Assembly (NCBI GenBank): GCA_003344405.1
Contig: NOWV01000020.1
Location: forward strand, 682,001-746,000
Direction: 5' to 3'
DNA from: Trichoplax sp. H2
Lineage: Eukaryota
Length of the DNA: 64,000 nucleotides
Shown here: piece by piece, positions 50,518 to 64,000 of the stretch
Position numbering within the stretch: position 1 is the stretch's first letter
Layout of the letters: each line of letters opens with the position of its first letter
Program-made: the position numbers and the translations under genes
The notes under the pieces: generated by a model
The model's input: only the letters and a program-made list of their open reading frames with translations
Told to the model about the DNA's origin: nothing
The model's database searches: none

Positions 50518-53500
50518 ATGATTAATCGAAATATCTGCTGGATTGGCTTTATGCTAACTTTTCTCTGGACAATAAACGCTATCGATATATCATCAGCTAA
50601 AAATTCATTTCAGCATGGTAAAATTCAAGTACTGTCTTGTCCTACTGGGTGCCAATGCCAATCTGGATTGCTACGGATAAAATGCTCATATTTATCACTA
50701 CACCCAGGATTTCACCACCACATAGGAATATTTAAGAGCATGTAAGTTACGTTGATAATTTCTGGCAATGCTCATGAACCATTTACCGAATTAATGACAA
50801 GCAATAAATGTTTCAGTTAGCTTCTGTAGGTTTCATTCAAACCGGTTCTATAATAAACTGGAAAGTGAGCTTAGCTCCAATCCTCTTGCATTTGATAAAA
50901 TATAGTGAAATAATTAGCAATGAAGGAACTTCACATTAATTTTTTGAATAATGATGTGGAAATGGTGCATTTATGCTTTATTTATACTTTATTTTATATT
51001 TTATATTATTTATGCTAAAATAAAGGTATTTGCTAGTGATCATTTTCAGATAACCGCCAGTAGATATCATAACGATTAAGTTATTCATAATGTAAAGTTG
51101 TTACTGCAACATGCAAGATTCAAGATTTATAGATTTGAAGAATATAGCAATTAAAGAAATTTGACATTACTTGATAAATAAATGGTTTAATGACAAGAAA
51201 TTACTAATTTTGCAGCTTGGGCTTATTATCCTGGGATTTTAGTAGACCCATGATTTGGATTATATTGCTGGGGTGCCTTACATGCAAGAAAGTTACCATC
51301 ATTAGACATTCATGGAAAATAAAACATCTTATTAAAATACTAGCGGATTAAATATTAGATTGATTAATGTCGTTAAGTTCAATTCTAAAATATTTCTATC
51401 TATATTTTAATTTTACTTATAGAATAGTACCATAAATATAGCTTATCACGTACAGTTTCTATATCCGTAAAGATTTCTTAAATTCGGCAAGTATCTTACC
51501 GAAAATTAGCGTTATTTAAAAACGAGGTAACTCAAATGAGTCTAACATACGAGGATAGTAACAATGTCTAGAGTATTGTAGGAAAACTAGACTACGCTGG
51601 GCCCCGAGTTAATAAAATATTAGATTAGCGGTGTTAGTGGCTGTCTATCAGGTGTAATAGGCCTAGCGGATTATTAGTGGATAATACTAAGGATGCTAGT
51701 CGTACGGTTAACGAATAAGTGGGACTGCATGGCGCCTTGATAGATGGTATCGGCACGTCTGAGTAGATGACGTATGATTGGCCCGAAATGAGGCATGACA
51801 ATCATACGTAGCTTGGCGTCTTGTACTTGCAAGGCCCACATCATAGTATTAGTAGAGTGACTTCGTAATTGCGTTAGAAATTCTAAATAAGATTGTCGTT
51901 TAATCGGCATTACTATAACTACAATGTAACGCACTTTAGTTTTATTATGCTATATGATATTTTATTCACATTTCGTAGCCAAATTAATGTTAGATAATAT
52001 AGAAATCGATGCTCAAAACTATTTCTGGACGATATTCAATCTTGATTAATGATAAAAGTATGCGTATTTTTAATGTTTGTAGAGATAGCATATCAAATCG
52101 ATTATATTATTGAGTAATTAAAATTGAAATTAAAGTAGAAACATTTTTATCAAATTTGATAATAAATTGTGACTGAAATGTAAAATATACTTTTTGCCGC
52201 CATATAGGCTATTATGAGACATAATATGATATAAAAATACTAATATAACTATCTCTTACTGAATAGACATATTCCAGATGTAAGGGAGTGCAATTGTGAA
52301 GTCTATAGCAGACTTGCAAAATTAAACTTCTATGGGATTTCGCTGCAAGGTAGCTGCAGACTGATGTCAACATCAAAGGAACTGCATTTGCAGGAATTTT
52401 TAAATTCCCATCGTACAAAATGTTCAAAATTAAGTAAGATTATATTAAAATATGATCTAAGCAAATAAAGATGTTACATAATTAGATTACTTCTTCTATC
52501 GCATTTTGAGTTACTTAGCGCTTGGAAAAATAATTTTGCTTGATGATATTTGTTGCTTCGTTTTGTTAGGAAAACGAAATTCATATCGAATTCGGATAGC
52601 GAAAAGTGGGAGTAAGCATGAAATCAAAGTTATATTATTAATATTACATTTAATAGTAATGAGTCTATATTTATGCTTCTTGCGTTCATAACGGCAAACG
52701 ATACTGAAGGCTTTATATTTGTATCTACAACTGAAGGAATACAAAAATAATGCTATTAGAGTTGAGCTACGCCAAAACTTAATGCGCTTTAGTTATTATA
52801 TAAATTGCAAAAGCTCTAGAATTAGCATGTAGTCGTTCTTGAGAATTCAGTTATACACTGTACATACAAGTATTTTACGCTGTAAAGGGTTTTCTATCTT
52901 GTACCTATAATTGTAATATAGCATTATTATGAATTATCAAGAATGCTGGGATTAGTATTCTATTTAATTTAAAAGTGCAACCGTTCGTTGTAGATACGAG
53001 TAAATTACGCCTTATGAATGGTGGCATAAGCTGTGGAAGACTTGAAGTTATGTATAATAACAAGTGGGCGACCGTTTGCAATCCGGGTGAGGCAGCTAGT
53101 AAACGTTGGAGTATTCGAAATGCTGATGTTGCTTGTCGACAGCTAAATTTTCGAGGGAGGGCCTTTGTTTATGGTGCGCGTATTTCGATATTGCGTTTGA
53201 ATCTCATCTACTTACATTATTAAAGCTAAATTGATAACTTCCCGTTTAATATCAAATAATTACAATTGGAGCCATTTAATTAAATTGCTGTGACTTTTTA
53301 ATTCTTTTCAAGATGGATCGGCATTTGGACAGAGCAAAGAACCGATATGGCCTCGAGATCTACAATGTTCTGGTAATGAAACCGATTTATTGCAATGCCA
53401 GTATAGCAAGCTACAATCGTCCTGTAGCCAGCAAAACAGTGTCGGCATTTGTTGTGGATATAACGAGAATCGAGGGTCACTAGCACCAGGTTCGATGACA

Positions 53501-55923
53501 TCTAAAATTTTTACTCTGTTTCATCAAAATATTATGAAATTTTCGTAGTTAGAAATTAATCTTTTATATTTAATAACTATCATTAGAATCATAGGAAATC
53601 TTTATTATGACTGTAACAAATTGTGTGAGTTTGCAAGTCTGTAAATTACTCTTATGTCAATATAATACCAGATGTGAAATATTTAATTTTTAGATAATAG
53701 AAATTACTGTAATTTTTAAATTAGTCTTTAGAATGACCATTGTGAGTATACAAAAAATATATAGCTCACTGATAGAAGAGGAAATCTTCTCCATATATTT
53801 TATATTAGTTCCAATGTACCAGAGCATCCGAATTACTGGTGGTAAGTCAGCCGTTAGTGGTCAGCCTCAGTTTTTATATCAAGGAAGATGGCATTCTGTT
53901 TGTCCGCTTGGTTGGACAGAAAATGACGCCGATGTCTTTTGTAGGGAATTAGGTTTTGTCGGAGCTAAATCTATAGAAGGTCAGAAATTTACAAGTAATA
54001 ATTTAATTTAAATTTCTTACTAATTCACTGGTGGATGAGAATACTCATTACACAACCTATAAAATTAAATGTTCAATTAGTCATCTTCAGTTTTAATAGC
54101 CATTAATTCCGTAACTAACCCTATAAGAAGCTTTATGTAGTTGAATTTATATAATTAAATTCATGTACCAGTATCTATTGAATTTGATTATAATAAAACC
54201 GATGAAAATCTATTTGCCAATGTATTGATAATAATAAGCTTTAAATTCTGCTTGCTATAATCTGTAGAATATATAGTAAAGATTGAAACTTGTTTCAGAT
54301 TTCTTTCTTCGAATTTTAATTTTTCTAGCCAAAATTGATAAAGTAATTTCAAGAGCGATACTTTATTACAAGCTAAACTGTATCGGCAGTGAAGATTCCA
54401 TTATGAATTGTCGATCCGATCTTGCTCAAAATCATAATCTTGCAAATAACTGCTATCATCCCAACAATCCCTCTGTAGCAATGGTTACGTGTCAAAAATC
54501 GGCAGGTATGGTTGTTATCAAGGACATAAGAGTATATGTCCGTACCTAGTCTAAATTAAATATTAAGTAAAGCATGAAACTGATATTCTGGATTTCAATT
54601 ATGAGTAGAGTTTAAAAAGGGCTGTGTTTTAGATAACTGTGCTTTATTCTAGTGAAGATAAACATATGTTTTTTAAATACCATGATATATTAGGAAATCC
54701 TTTATATTGTGATTTCTTAAATGGTTTATGCGACTGGAATCAAGTACAACAACACCATTCCATGAACTGGATTTGGAAAAATAAATGGAGAAAATTTCAA
54801 ACCATGGATGATCTAAAATCGGGTATATCTTTATATTTGGATATTTATTAATAGTAAAAATTCATTCCTTTTATTTTATACGGTGGAATAAATGACCAGT
54901 GTACCTGTAAATATTGAAATTAAGTTTCGATTTACTTTCTCAAGAGCTAAAAAAGGGCAACTTTACTTGAATAGGTCCTTACGTATTTGTCCAATTAGAT
55001 CATGGTTATATAGGTGATAAGGCAGTTTTACAGAGCCCTCTCCTTGCAAAGTATCAATCGACTAAAGCAACGGTATGCAAAGAGGACTAAAATTATTGAT
55101 CAAGGCTTATATAAATTAGTAAAGCTACTTTCAAGGGCGCATTGTTACGCACTTAAATATGTCTTGTACTATAACCTTTTATCTTTCATCTAGATATTAA
55201 TATCGTATTATATGGATGTCAGACCAGCTAAGCCTGCACTGACATTATTATCTACTAAAGTCTATTACCCAGTCGAAAATCAGCACGATACACTATGGTA
55301 TTCTTATCCTAGGATTACGAAGCGTTGGCTTTATAGCTCCATTATGTTTACGCCTCGATTCCAAAAATTTTATGTAAGTTTCTGTTTTACTAGATTACTA
55401 TAACTTGTACAGCATATCTATTTTTGGACTGAAGTTAGGCAATATAAATGACTTGAATTAATAAATTCGATCATGTAGGTATCAATACAAGTAGCCAAAG
55501 GTCCGGAATTATCTGGATTCATAGGTTTAAGCAGAATTGAAATAGTTGGATGCGATATTTGTGAGTAACTTATACCTAAATGTGACCGATTATTTGCTGC
55601 TCATTCATAAAAGCATGTTAATCATATTTCTATCTTCTGACACTGCAACAGATCGTAATCGCACTCTTCTGAACCAAAATCGTAAGACTGTAAATTATGC
55701 TATACCAATTTTTTGCACCACTGTTGTGATTATGGTATTACTTTTGGCAGCACTGACCCATGTGATAAAGAAAAAAAGCTATCAAAGACGATTAACATTA
55801 GATTTGCCTAGACCTATTCGTAAAGGGAATGGAGGCGCATCACGAATTTCTGCGATAGCTTCACCAATTAAAAATCTGCATAATCGTAACTTCAATACTT
55901 CTGGCGAAACATCTAAAATATAA
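50518..55923 (+). CDS. Type I membrane protein: signal peptide, LRRNT/LRRCT-like Cys caps, 2 x SRCR, MAM, TM, short tail (multi-exon)
   Basis: Phase-consistent GT-AG exons: 50518-50741 (CPTGCQC), 50830-50864, 52278-52433 (NVRECNC), 52570-52611, 52976-53173 (LRLMNGG..GRLEV..WATVC..ADVACRQL) and 53313-53489. Approximate exons follow at ~53809-53979, ~54329-54505, ~54694-54822 (CDFLNGLCDW), further MAM exons, and a TM exon ending at 55923. The 5' linkage is less certain than the SRCR-MAM part. Confidence 0.75.
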
Positions 55924-58900
55924 TAATTTATAAATAATCTCAATTAATGTATTATAAACTTCGGTTTGCAGGTCTGCAGCCTTGTCTTTATTGTTAAGTA
56001 GTTAAATTTCTGTGGCAAATATTCTACCCTCACTGAATTGTACAAATTCGCCAAATATGCTATTTAATAATATTATTAATTCTTGACTGACATAGTCTTA
56101 TACTGTAAAAATACAACCATTAAATTATGAATATCTAGCCCATAGAAAGTGTGTTGTGAATCATTAGCAGCAATAACGGTTTATAGGCTAGTAGGGCTAC
56201 ATGTAGAGAGTTCTTGATGGTCTATGAAGAAGTAAACCCGCTGTTAGAGGTATTGCAACTATTATTGCGGACACGGAGACCACAGGAGATATGAACTGCT
56301 CGGTAGTTCTTTTAACAATGTTGCTGGTTCTTGACTAGCATAATCATCTTCTAAGATTTAAGACAGCTCTAGTAGATATTCTATAATGCTATACGCCAAA
56401 TGATATTTTATGATCCTGTTACAACTTCCAAATTTTGTAATAAGTACTAGATCTGCACTCAGCAAGGAGACCCAGTAATTAAGTTGAAGAACTAACTTTA
56501 CTGTTAAAATTATGAGTTTATATACTTTCTTTATTGTGACCTTTGATCTACTGGCGTAGATCACAAGATCATTACTAAGAGAAAGGTTTCCCTAGTTTAG
56601 ACATTACAAATAGAATATCATACCGAGTATGGCAACATGAGAATACATATATATATAACCTTAATATAGTACCATAACTACATCTATATACGCATGACGT
56701 GACAACATCGTGATATTTAACCATATATAGAAAGAAGGTAACATACTAATTATGTAACTATCACAGAACGTGACAGATCCATAAAATACTCAAGGCATAA
56801 CTTAAATCTCTTTAAAAATACTAACAAGTCTAGGCTAATATAATTATTTGTATCTGACAATCTGCGGTTTAGAAATGCTTTCTATGATCTACAAGATAGT
56901 TAAGCTATAATGTAATCATTCTTTAGCATGTATGATCCTTGACTGGCGCCACATTTTTCAAGAAATCGAAGATAGCTTTCATAAGTTCTTTCATTATATG
57001 AATGTAATATATTTAATGCACCGGTATTCTGCAATCTATTGGCAATTTTATGCCTATTTGCAAATATTTTAAGATAGCTCTGAAAATATTTTGTGATATT
57101 CTGGTTTCTATTGCGTTTTCACTAGAATTATAACTTAAAAATCTGGAAGTAAAATAAAGCATGGTCTGAGCTTTTAATTAAACAACATTGAAATTTTGAA
57201 GCTAACGATGAGGTATTTCATAAAGGATTCAGCTCAATTTAGACTATATTCTGTAATATATTTAGTTATTGCCGTACGTTTACTGATTTATGAGCTACTG
57301 TATGTAAAGTATGACCTGAATTTTTAAGCCGTATTGTAATAAAAGTGTCATACAATAACTGTTTTAGTCAAATGATATTTTCTAAACCGCTTCTATTACA
57401 AGGTTTTAGTAATAGTAGAGCTATAATTAATCACTACAAGAATCTAGTCTATAATCTAAAGTATTCTGAGCTCAAAGCGAAGTGAAATCTCTTTTGTCTC
57501 TTTGAGCTCATCTCTGCAGTTCTGAAATGCTTTTCGCTAAATCCATTTACGACAACTTAACTAATCTACAATCAGACCTGAGTCATCAAACAGAACATTT
57601 TTTCTCAAGTAGAACATCATTATCTTCTACAATCTGAATCATCCTGCTTAAGACATCACTACTCTTCTATTAATGTCCATCACCTTTCGGTGTTGGATAT
57701 CTTCACAATTACTATGTTTCTAGTCACATGAATCTGGTATTATAATTAGTCAGCCGGCTAATATTAGTCATCAAGAATTTCTAATATAGTAGTTATCAAT
57801 CATCTAATATTAGCTTCACGATAACATCTACTCTTAGTAACCTAACTATATCAAATATAGCTGTTAACACAAACAAATAAAGCTATCCTTATAATCAAAT
57901 ATGGAATGCATCACTATTGACATAAGTTTTGAGGGCTATTAGCTAACATAATTATTCATAATGTGTTCAAGACAGGTAACTATAAATCTATCCTGCTTGA
58001 ATTTCTTATCGAAATATAAATTAAATTTCTGGCTAGCAAAAGCATTGCATCGGCGTATGTCACCTATAGAATAATCGATTACTATTGTTGAAGTATGATA
58101 CATTTTCTTATTTATTACGTTCTAGAGTTTGTGAAATTTTATTATATTTAACTTTTCAATTCAGAATTATGTCAGGCATTTCTATAATTTAAAAATTTAA
58201 TAGGCAAAATTGGAACTAAAATAACTCTATAAAAGCTAATTACAGTACTTAAATGCTAAACGTATTATATTTCGGTTATAAAAGTTTGGAGTTATCCGGC
58301 ACTAAAGAAAGTAATTTAATTATTTATTGTCAATATGTTATGATATCTAGGATGTAACTTCAATAGAAACATTTTTAAGCATAATTGATCAGTTAAAATT
58401 GATTCATATTTATAGAGCTAATAGCCACGCATACTATTAACATAAGTACTACAGTGTCACTCACAGAAGTAAATCCACTGTCTACTCTCTTCTAATGTGA
58501 GTGATCAACTAACTTACTAGCTACTTAGTCACTCCAACTAACTATGGAGAGATACTGTAAGTAAGACTAACAACTTCCTCCTAAGTATAATAAGCGGCTT
58601 GCTGTAAGATTAGTTTTATGAATTTTTACTTCTATTCATACAACGAAAGTATAGTACCTTGTCGTACACTAGAGAAGTATGAACTGAGCGATATATTTTC
58701 TTCTTGGGCTTATATACAATCGCCACATGTAGCGCGCAATTAAAACTATTCTCGTGCAATCTTGGATCGTAATCTAAGCTATTTTTGAGAGCTGCACTAC
58801 ACCAAGGTAGAGATTCTTACCGGAATTTGCGCGCATACTACTATACTATCATCAGAATTCATATGATAACAGAAGATATTGAAAAATTATCCAATAATCT

Positions 58901-58957
58901 TTATTCTCCGGGTACTATTTAGAATCTCTAAAGATGGCTGAAAACTACGAATTCATT

Positions 58958-59621
58958 TTAAAGAAATAGCAATAAATGATAAGTAAATCCACTCTGAGAT
59001 ATGTTCATTCTGAAGGATAGAAATGCGCATTTAGATGAGAATATGAAATCGATATTTAGATTCACTTGAAATTAAGTGTTGATGTCACAAAACAGCTTTG
59101 CAACAAGATAACGCAATATACGATCAATAAGTCAATTCCTTGAACCACGTATCAAGGAACGATATCTGCACTATCACAAACACTTTTGCTCTACTAGCAG
59201 ACTACACAAAGACTTAAACGCCTCGTATTTTACGTTAAACACTAAGTTGGACAATTCTTCTTTATTTCACGATATACTGCATTTATATACTATTCCTCAA
59301 TAGTTCATGAGTCATAGTTAATACAATTAACATTAGAATCATTTACTGAATTAGATATTAATTTTAGCTACTGCTCCCTTAATGCAGACAACAGTATTTA
59401 CGAACATAGACATGTAATGACTAATACAGAATAGTCAGATTNNNNNNNNNNNNNNNNNNNNATAAGTGTCACTGTCATAAAAAGTCAGTGCTATATTAAA
59501 GAAATAGCAATAAATGATAAGTAAATCCACTCTGAGATATGTTCATTCTGAAGGATAGAAATGCGCATTTAGATGAGAATATGAAATCGATATTTAGATT
59601 CACTTGAAATTAAGTGTTGAT
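58958..59621. other. Assembly gap (20 N, 59442-59461) with a 126-bp sequence duplicated on both sides (58958-59083 and 59496-59621)
   Basis: N run and identical copies are directly visible. Confidence 0.9.
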
Positions 59622-60894
59622 TATGCTTAATGTTAAAGGACAATAAGATCTTCGATTCTACTACTGAGATGCAATTTTTCGTACTACACAATCAATTAAG
59701 AAGTATTCTTGTAAATTATAAAACTGGAATCGCTACCGGTTGCATAAATTGTGAATTAGGTAGAAGATCTTGCATTCAAGCTAATCAAAAAGAATCTTTC
59801 AGGAAAGTAATATATTAGATTTTTATTTCTCACCAATAAACTCGTAAATAAATATTAGCTATAGATAAAGACGCTTACGTTGATACAAATCACATTAAAA
59901 AATTCGTTAACATTAAACTTAATTCCGAACATTTAAAATACTACAAGGATCAACTTAAACAATTGTAAAATAGCAAGAAAACGATACTTTTAGATATATT
60001 CTATACTGAACCGTGAAAAAGTGAGCTGCAATTATATCTATAAATTATATATTAATTATAGATTTTAATATTTACAAAAATCCTTATTACAGATGCATGA
60101 TATAGCCAACCCTTAGTATCTGCCTACATATCATAACGGAATGATATCTCGACATTTATAATGTCTGCAATGCAAAATAAGAAAACAGCGGCCGTTCATA
60201 CCTTAAAGATATCAGTAAACAATAAAGTGTTGTCACACAATAGATAAATGAATTAGTTTTTAAAGTCAGATAAGCTCAAAAAACGAAACGTCTCAATAAC
60301 AATAAACTTATCGCCTAAGCTTGAAGTAATGCGCTGGAGGTATTAATGAATGAATAAATATAAGCGTAAAGCCATAACATATTAATCAACAGCATATTAA
60401 TTTTATTATTGTCGATCGCTGGATGTCAGACTGCTTCGCTAAAGGAACTATCAAAATGAATACGTATGCTATAATACCAGCTAGATTTTTTATCAGAGGC
60501 GTCATTTTACTATTTAACTAATGTTCATAACACAAAAATTCATATCCCTAAACCCCCAGTATTGCGATATTAGAAACGCAAAGATATAAACGCAAGATAC
60601 GTATATCATATTATATATTTTAAAAGTATTGCTTATTAGGCATTGTTAATCTTTAGAAATACATTCAAAGGATAAATGAATTATTAAGTTGACGTAAACA
60701 AATTAAGTATCGTGAAACCTTAAATTATTTAGGATATTATCGACAATTTTAGAAGACCAGAAGAAAGTTACAAGCGGTGATTAAGCTGCAACTAATACTT
60801 TAATGTTTGATCTGAAAATTTTAGCAGTAGTTGGTTTCTAAAATGTCTCTTCCATTATGATTGGATGTAATTGACGTTCAAAAACACTTTAATT

Positions 60895-63800
60895 TCAAAC
60901 TTCCGCGGTCAAACTTTCCCTAGATCTTACAGTATTAGGAGATATTATAGACCTATCTGCTGTTCCATTTCTGGGACATGAACGAACTTGTTCTCGTTCC
61001 ATATTATCATTGATTCTATTTGTAGTCAATTCGTCGGGAATGATATCATGTTCAGTGGGACTTTCGTCTTCAGGTGGTACAATCTGATCGTAGGTAGGCG
61101 GGTTCTCGTCTGTAATTATCATAGAAATAGTGCCAACTTAGAAATGGTGGCATAACTCACAAAGAAGATTCTATTTGATTCAGCCGTTACCTGCTATTGT
61201 TCGTAACGGTTTCTTCTTACAAATTTGACAGATCATCAACAGGATGCAACCTAGTATCAAAGCAGTTGCAACAGTTGCACGTATACACTTACGTACAAAG
61301 GGCTCTTTTCAAAAGACGAATATATGATTACATCACAGTTTTAAATTTGATCATTTTTTCTGTACTAAGACCTACACTGTGTCTAAATGAATTTTACTTT
61401 TCCTCACCTGGTGTAATACCAACAATAGAAATGTCATCTAATCCTACGATCACACTTTCAGAAGACGTTTTCATAACAACGAAGCTAATCTAAATTGTGA
61501 ATATTGTTGCATTATGCATAGAAAATTAGCCAAAATTACTAAAGTAATTAATTTTGTATGAATACTTCGCTTTAAAATTTAAGATAAATTAAACATTTTG
61601 TGATTTATCATACCGTAAATGTTTTTACTGAGGGCAGTACTTCCGTATATACGGAAATCCATGCACCGTTGGTATCATGACTCATTTTCTTAATTATTTT
61701 GTTGTTTTCATCAACCTTGAGGGTAAGAACACTTCCGCTACTTGATAGGTAATATTTAAATCTTATCTACGAAATCATGGGAGAAACTAAATTACTTACT
61801 CAAATATATATTCAACAGTTATACATAAGCTACTTATAATTCTTGAAGGACTCTAATTACTTCCAAATATCATAGTTCTTTAACCACGTTACTACAGTTT
61901 TCATTATTGCACGTATTTCCGTAATAATATTTATGCTGCTAATAGTACTACCCAATAGTCAATATTAGTTACCGTAACGATCGAACTTTGGAAACTTTGT
62001 TGAGGGCTACGAAGGATAGCTTTGTCAAGGTAAAAGCCATTCCTTGTCGATACAACTATACTTGGGTCTATAAATCAAACGCAATGACTTTTAATGTAAT
62101 TTGTAGGATAAAAATTGCAGGTAAATTTCAAGAGAATTAACACACCAAAATCGATGAAAGAAATCTTAACATACCACTTTTTTTAAAGTTTGTACCAGGA
62201 AAAATATAGTTGCTTTGCCAAGTCCAATCCATCCTCAGATTTCTTTGCGGCTGAGACCAGCCGCAAAAGCCCTTATCAAATTTGCAAGAAGTGGTATTCC
62301 CACTTGATTGCTCACATGCAACAACAGCCACAGATTGCGGGTTATTACAAATGTAGCTACCATTAGTATTACGCAAACTTGGGCAATGTTCTATTGATGA
62401 TTCTAAACCAGTGCAGTTGTATGACGCTACTTGATAGCTACTTTGAGGATTGAGTGGAGAACCTAGATTATTTATAAAGTAATAATCTCAATTGAGATAA
62501 AAAATATAAAAAATTAGAAAGCCTATGCTCTATACGCTTTACCAGGATAGTGACGAGATGATACATAATATCCCATTTGGCGACAAAGAACGTTTGCTGT
62601 ATTATTACTAAGATTTTCCGCACACATATAACCCCAAACTCCATGTGCTTTAATTTCTACGACACCGGACAAGTAATTGGATAACTGAACCGACTCTGTT
62701 ATTTGCATTTGAGTTCCTAGAGATTTCGTAGTAGTACGTAAAGGATAGGAAGCTAAAGGAAAACATAATTAAAACGATTAAAATGCATTTAAAGAAATAA
62801 AACTTTAAACGATAACATTATTTAGCAAACATTTATTTTAAGATAAACATAAGACTTTCTATTTAATTGGGGCCAAATATTTAAAATAAGTGTGCTTTAG
62901 CTCTAGTAGATGATGTAGGATTGTTTGTTTTTTAGTTCTTTCATTTAAATAATCCAGGAACTTAGGAATACCTAACTAGAACAGCTTCAAAAATTCTACA
63001 GTAAAGAATGTAGATACTACCGATCATTCTAAAGGATGTGCAGTACATAAAATCCTAGCACATTAACCAATAATTAATTATAGTGGCCAATATATAGGAA
63101 GGCTTACAAATTAAAATAATGACTACATTGCCCTATTTATATTAGTAGACCCAGCCGATTATACCAATTTCATGGCACAGCATTTTTACAAATTCAATAT
63201 AATTTTATAATAATTAAGAACTTCATTCATAAGAAAACGTTATAAATTGCTGGCTATCAGCAGCATTTGTATGTGTACATACTCGTTGTAGATCCTCCAT
63301 AGCAAGAAGGAATATTGCAATACTCCGATACTTTCTGTGAATTAGTTGTATAACACCACGGCCTAGAGCTTTTTCCACCAGGATTTCGACAGTAATTAAA
63401 CGATAAGTCATCATCTGGATATTTTGAAGGTGAATAGCTATGATTATGTGGGGAATTCGACTTCCATTGCTGACAATTGTAGCCGCTAATCGTTTTCGTA
63501 ATGCTACCTCTATAGTAAACTCCATTACCAGTATAACAATTTACTTCTATTATGATAATAAAAAATTTTCGTTAAAGGAATTTGAGGTTTCAAAATTCGA
63601 TAAATTTCCGAACTTACCGTACGGCGCAATTAAGATATAGTCAACTTCAATTTGCCCACCATGTCCTCTTCCCAAAACACCATCAAGAATAATCTATTGA
63701 CCAAAACAATTATCACCAGTGAGCATGAGAGTTTCTACATTTATTGACTAATGCATAAGTTAGCTTAACTTGCTTTAAGTATTTATGCTTAATACACTTA

Positions 63801-64000
63801 GGGCTCCTACAAAATTTAGTAATAAAAATCATACTCGAGTTCTGCGTTGTCGCGGCGTAAAATGGAAATCAGCTTTACGCCAACTACTTGCACTTGATTT
63901 CGTAGTTGTTAACCAAACATCTTTATATTGATTAGTGTACAGGCCTGAGAATATAGCTAATTCATCAACGCCACTTCCGTAAAGCTTAAAATACATTAAA
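60895..64000 (-). CDS. Type I membrane protein, 5' end outside window: MAM, kringle, SRCR, MAM, TM, cytoplasmic tail with PPxY (multi-exon)
   Basis: Kringle exon ~63546-63283 (CYTGNGVYYRG..CQQW..NYCRNPGG..PWCYT..EYCNIPSC). SRCR exons ~62718-62541 onward (SGVVEI..WGYMC..ANVLCRQMGY). MAM segments CKFDKGFCGWSQ and VGLDDISI. TM ATVATALILGCILLMIC. Tail ENPPTYDQ...SLTAEV*. Confidence 0.85.

Noticed and set aside
51570..51934. GC-richer intronic segment with an 86-aa minus-strand ORF
   Set aside because: No recognisable domain or terminal repeats; it may be a repeat remnant but cannot be supported.
58958..59621. 126-bp duplication as a biological repeat
   Set aside because: Identical copies flank an N gap, so a scaffolding or haplotype artefact is at least as likely.

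Overview
AT-rich animal genomic DNA with short GT-AG introns. Gene content and intron style suggest an early-branching metazoan such as a placozoan (inference only). Contents in order: (1) an intronless multi-TM gene split by one in-frame TGA; (2) a 3-exon secreted Cys-rich protein; (3) a ~4.7 kb block of decaying bacterial DNA (~12.7-17.45 kb) holding a membrane-protein gene, an intrinsic terminator, a large orphan ORF and a MORN2/YwqK-type repeat gene, next to a repeat- and hairpin-rich segment; (4) three intronless tandem sacsin-like GHKL-ATPase + DUF3883 (NO VEIN-type) genes; (5) two convergent multi-exon receptor genes (LRR-cap/SRCR/SRCR/MAM/TM and MAM/kringle/SRCR/MAM/TM). Two of the three GHKL genes share a ~1.3 kb near-identical 5' tract carrying the same in-frame TAG at a conserved Trp codon, while their diverged 3' parts remain fully open. 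One 20-N gap is present. All calls come from reading the sequence by eye; no searches were run.
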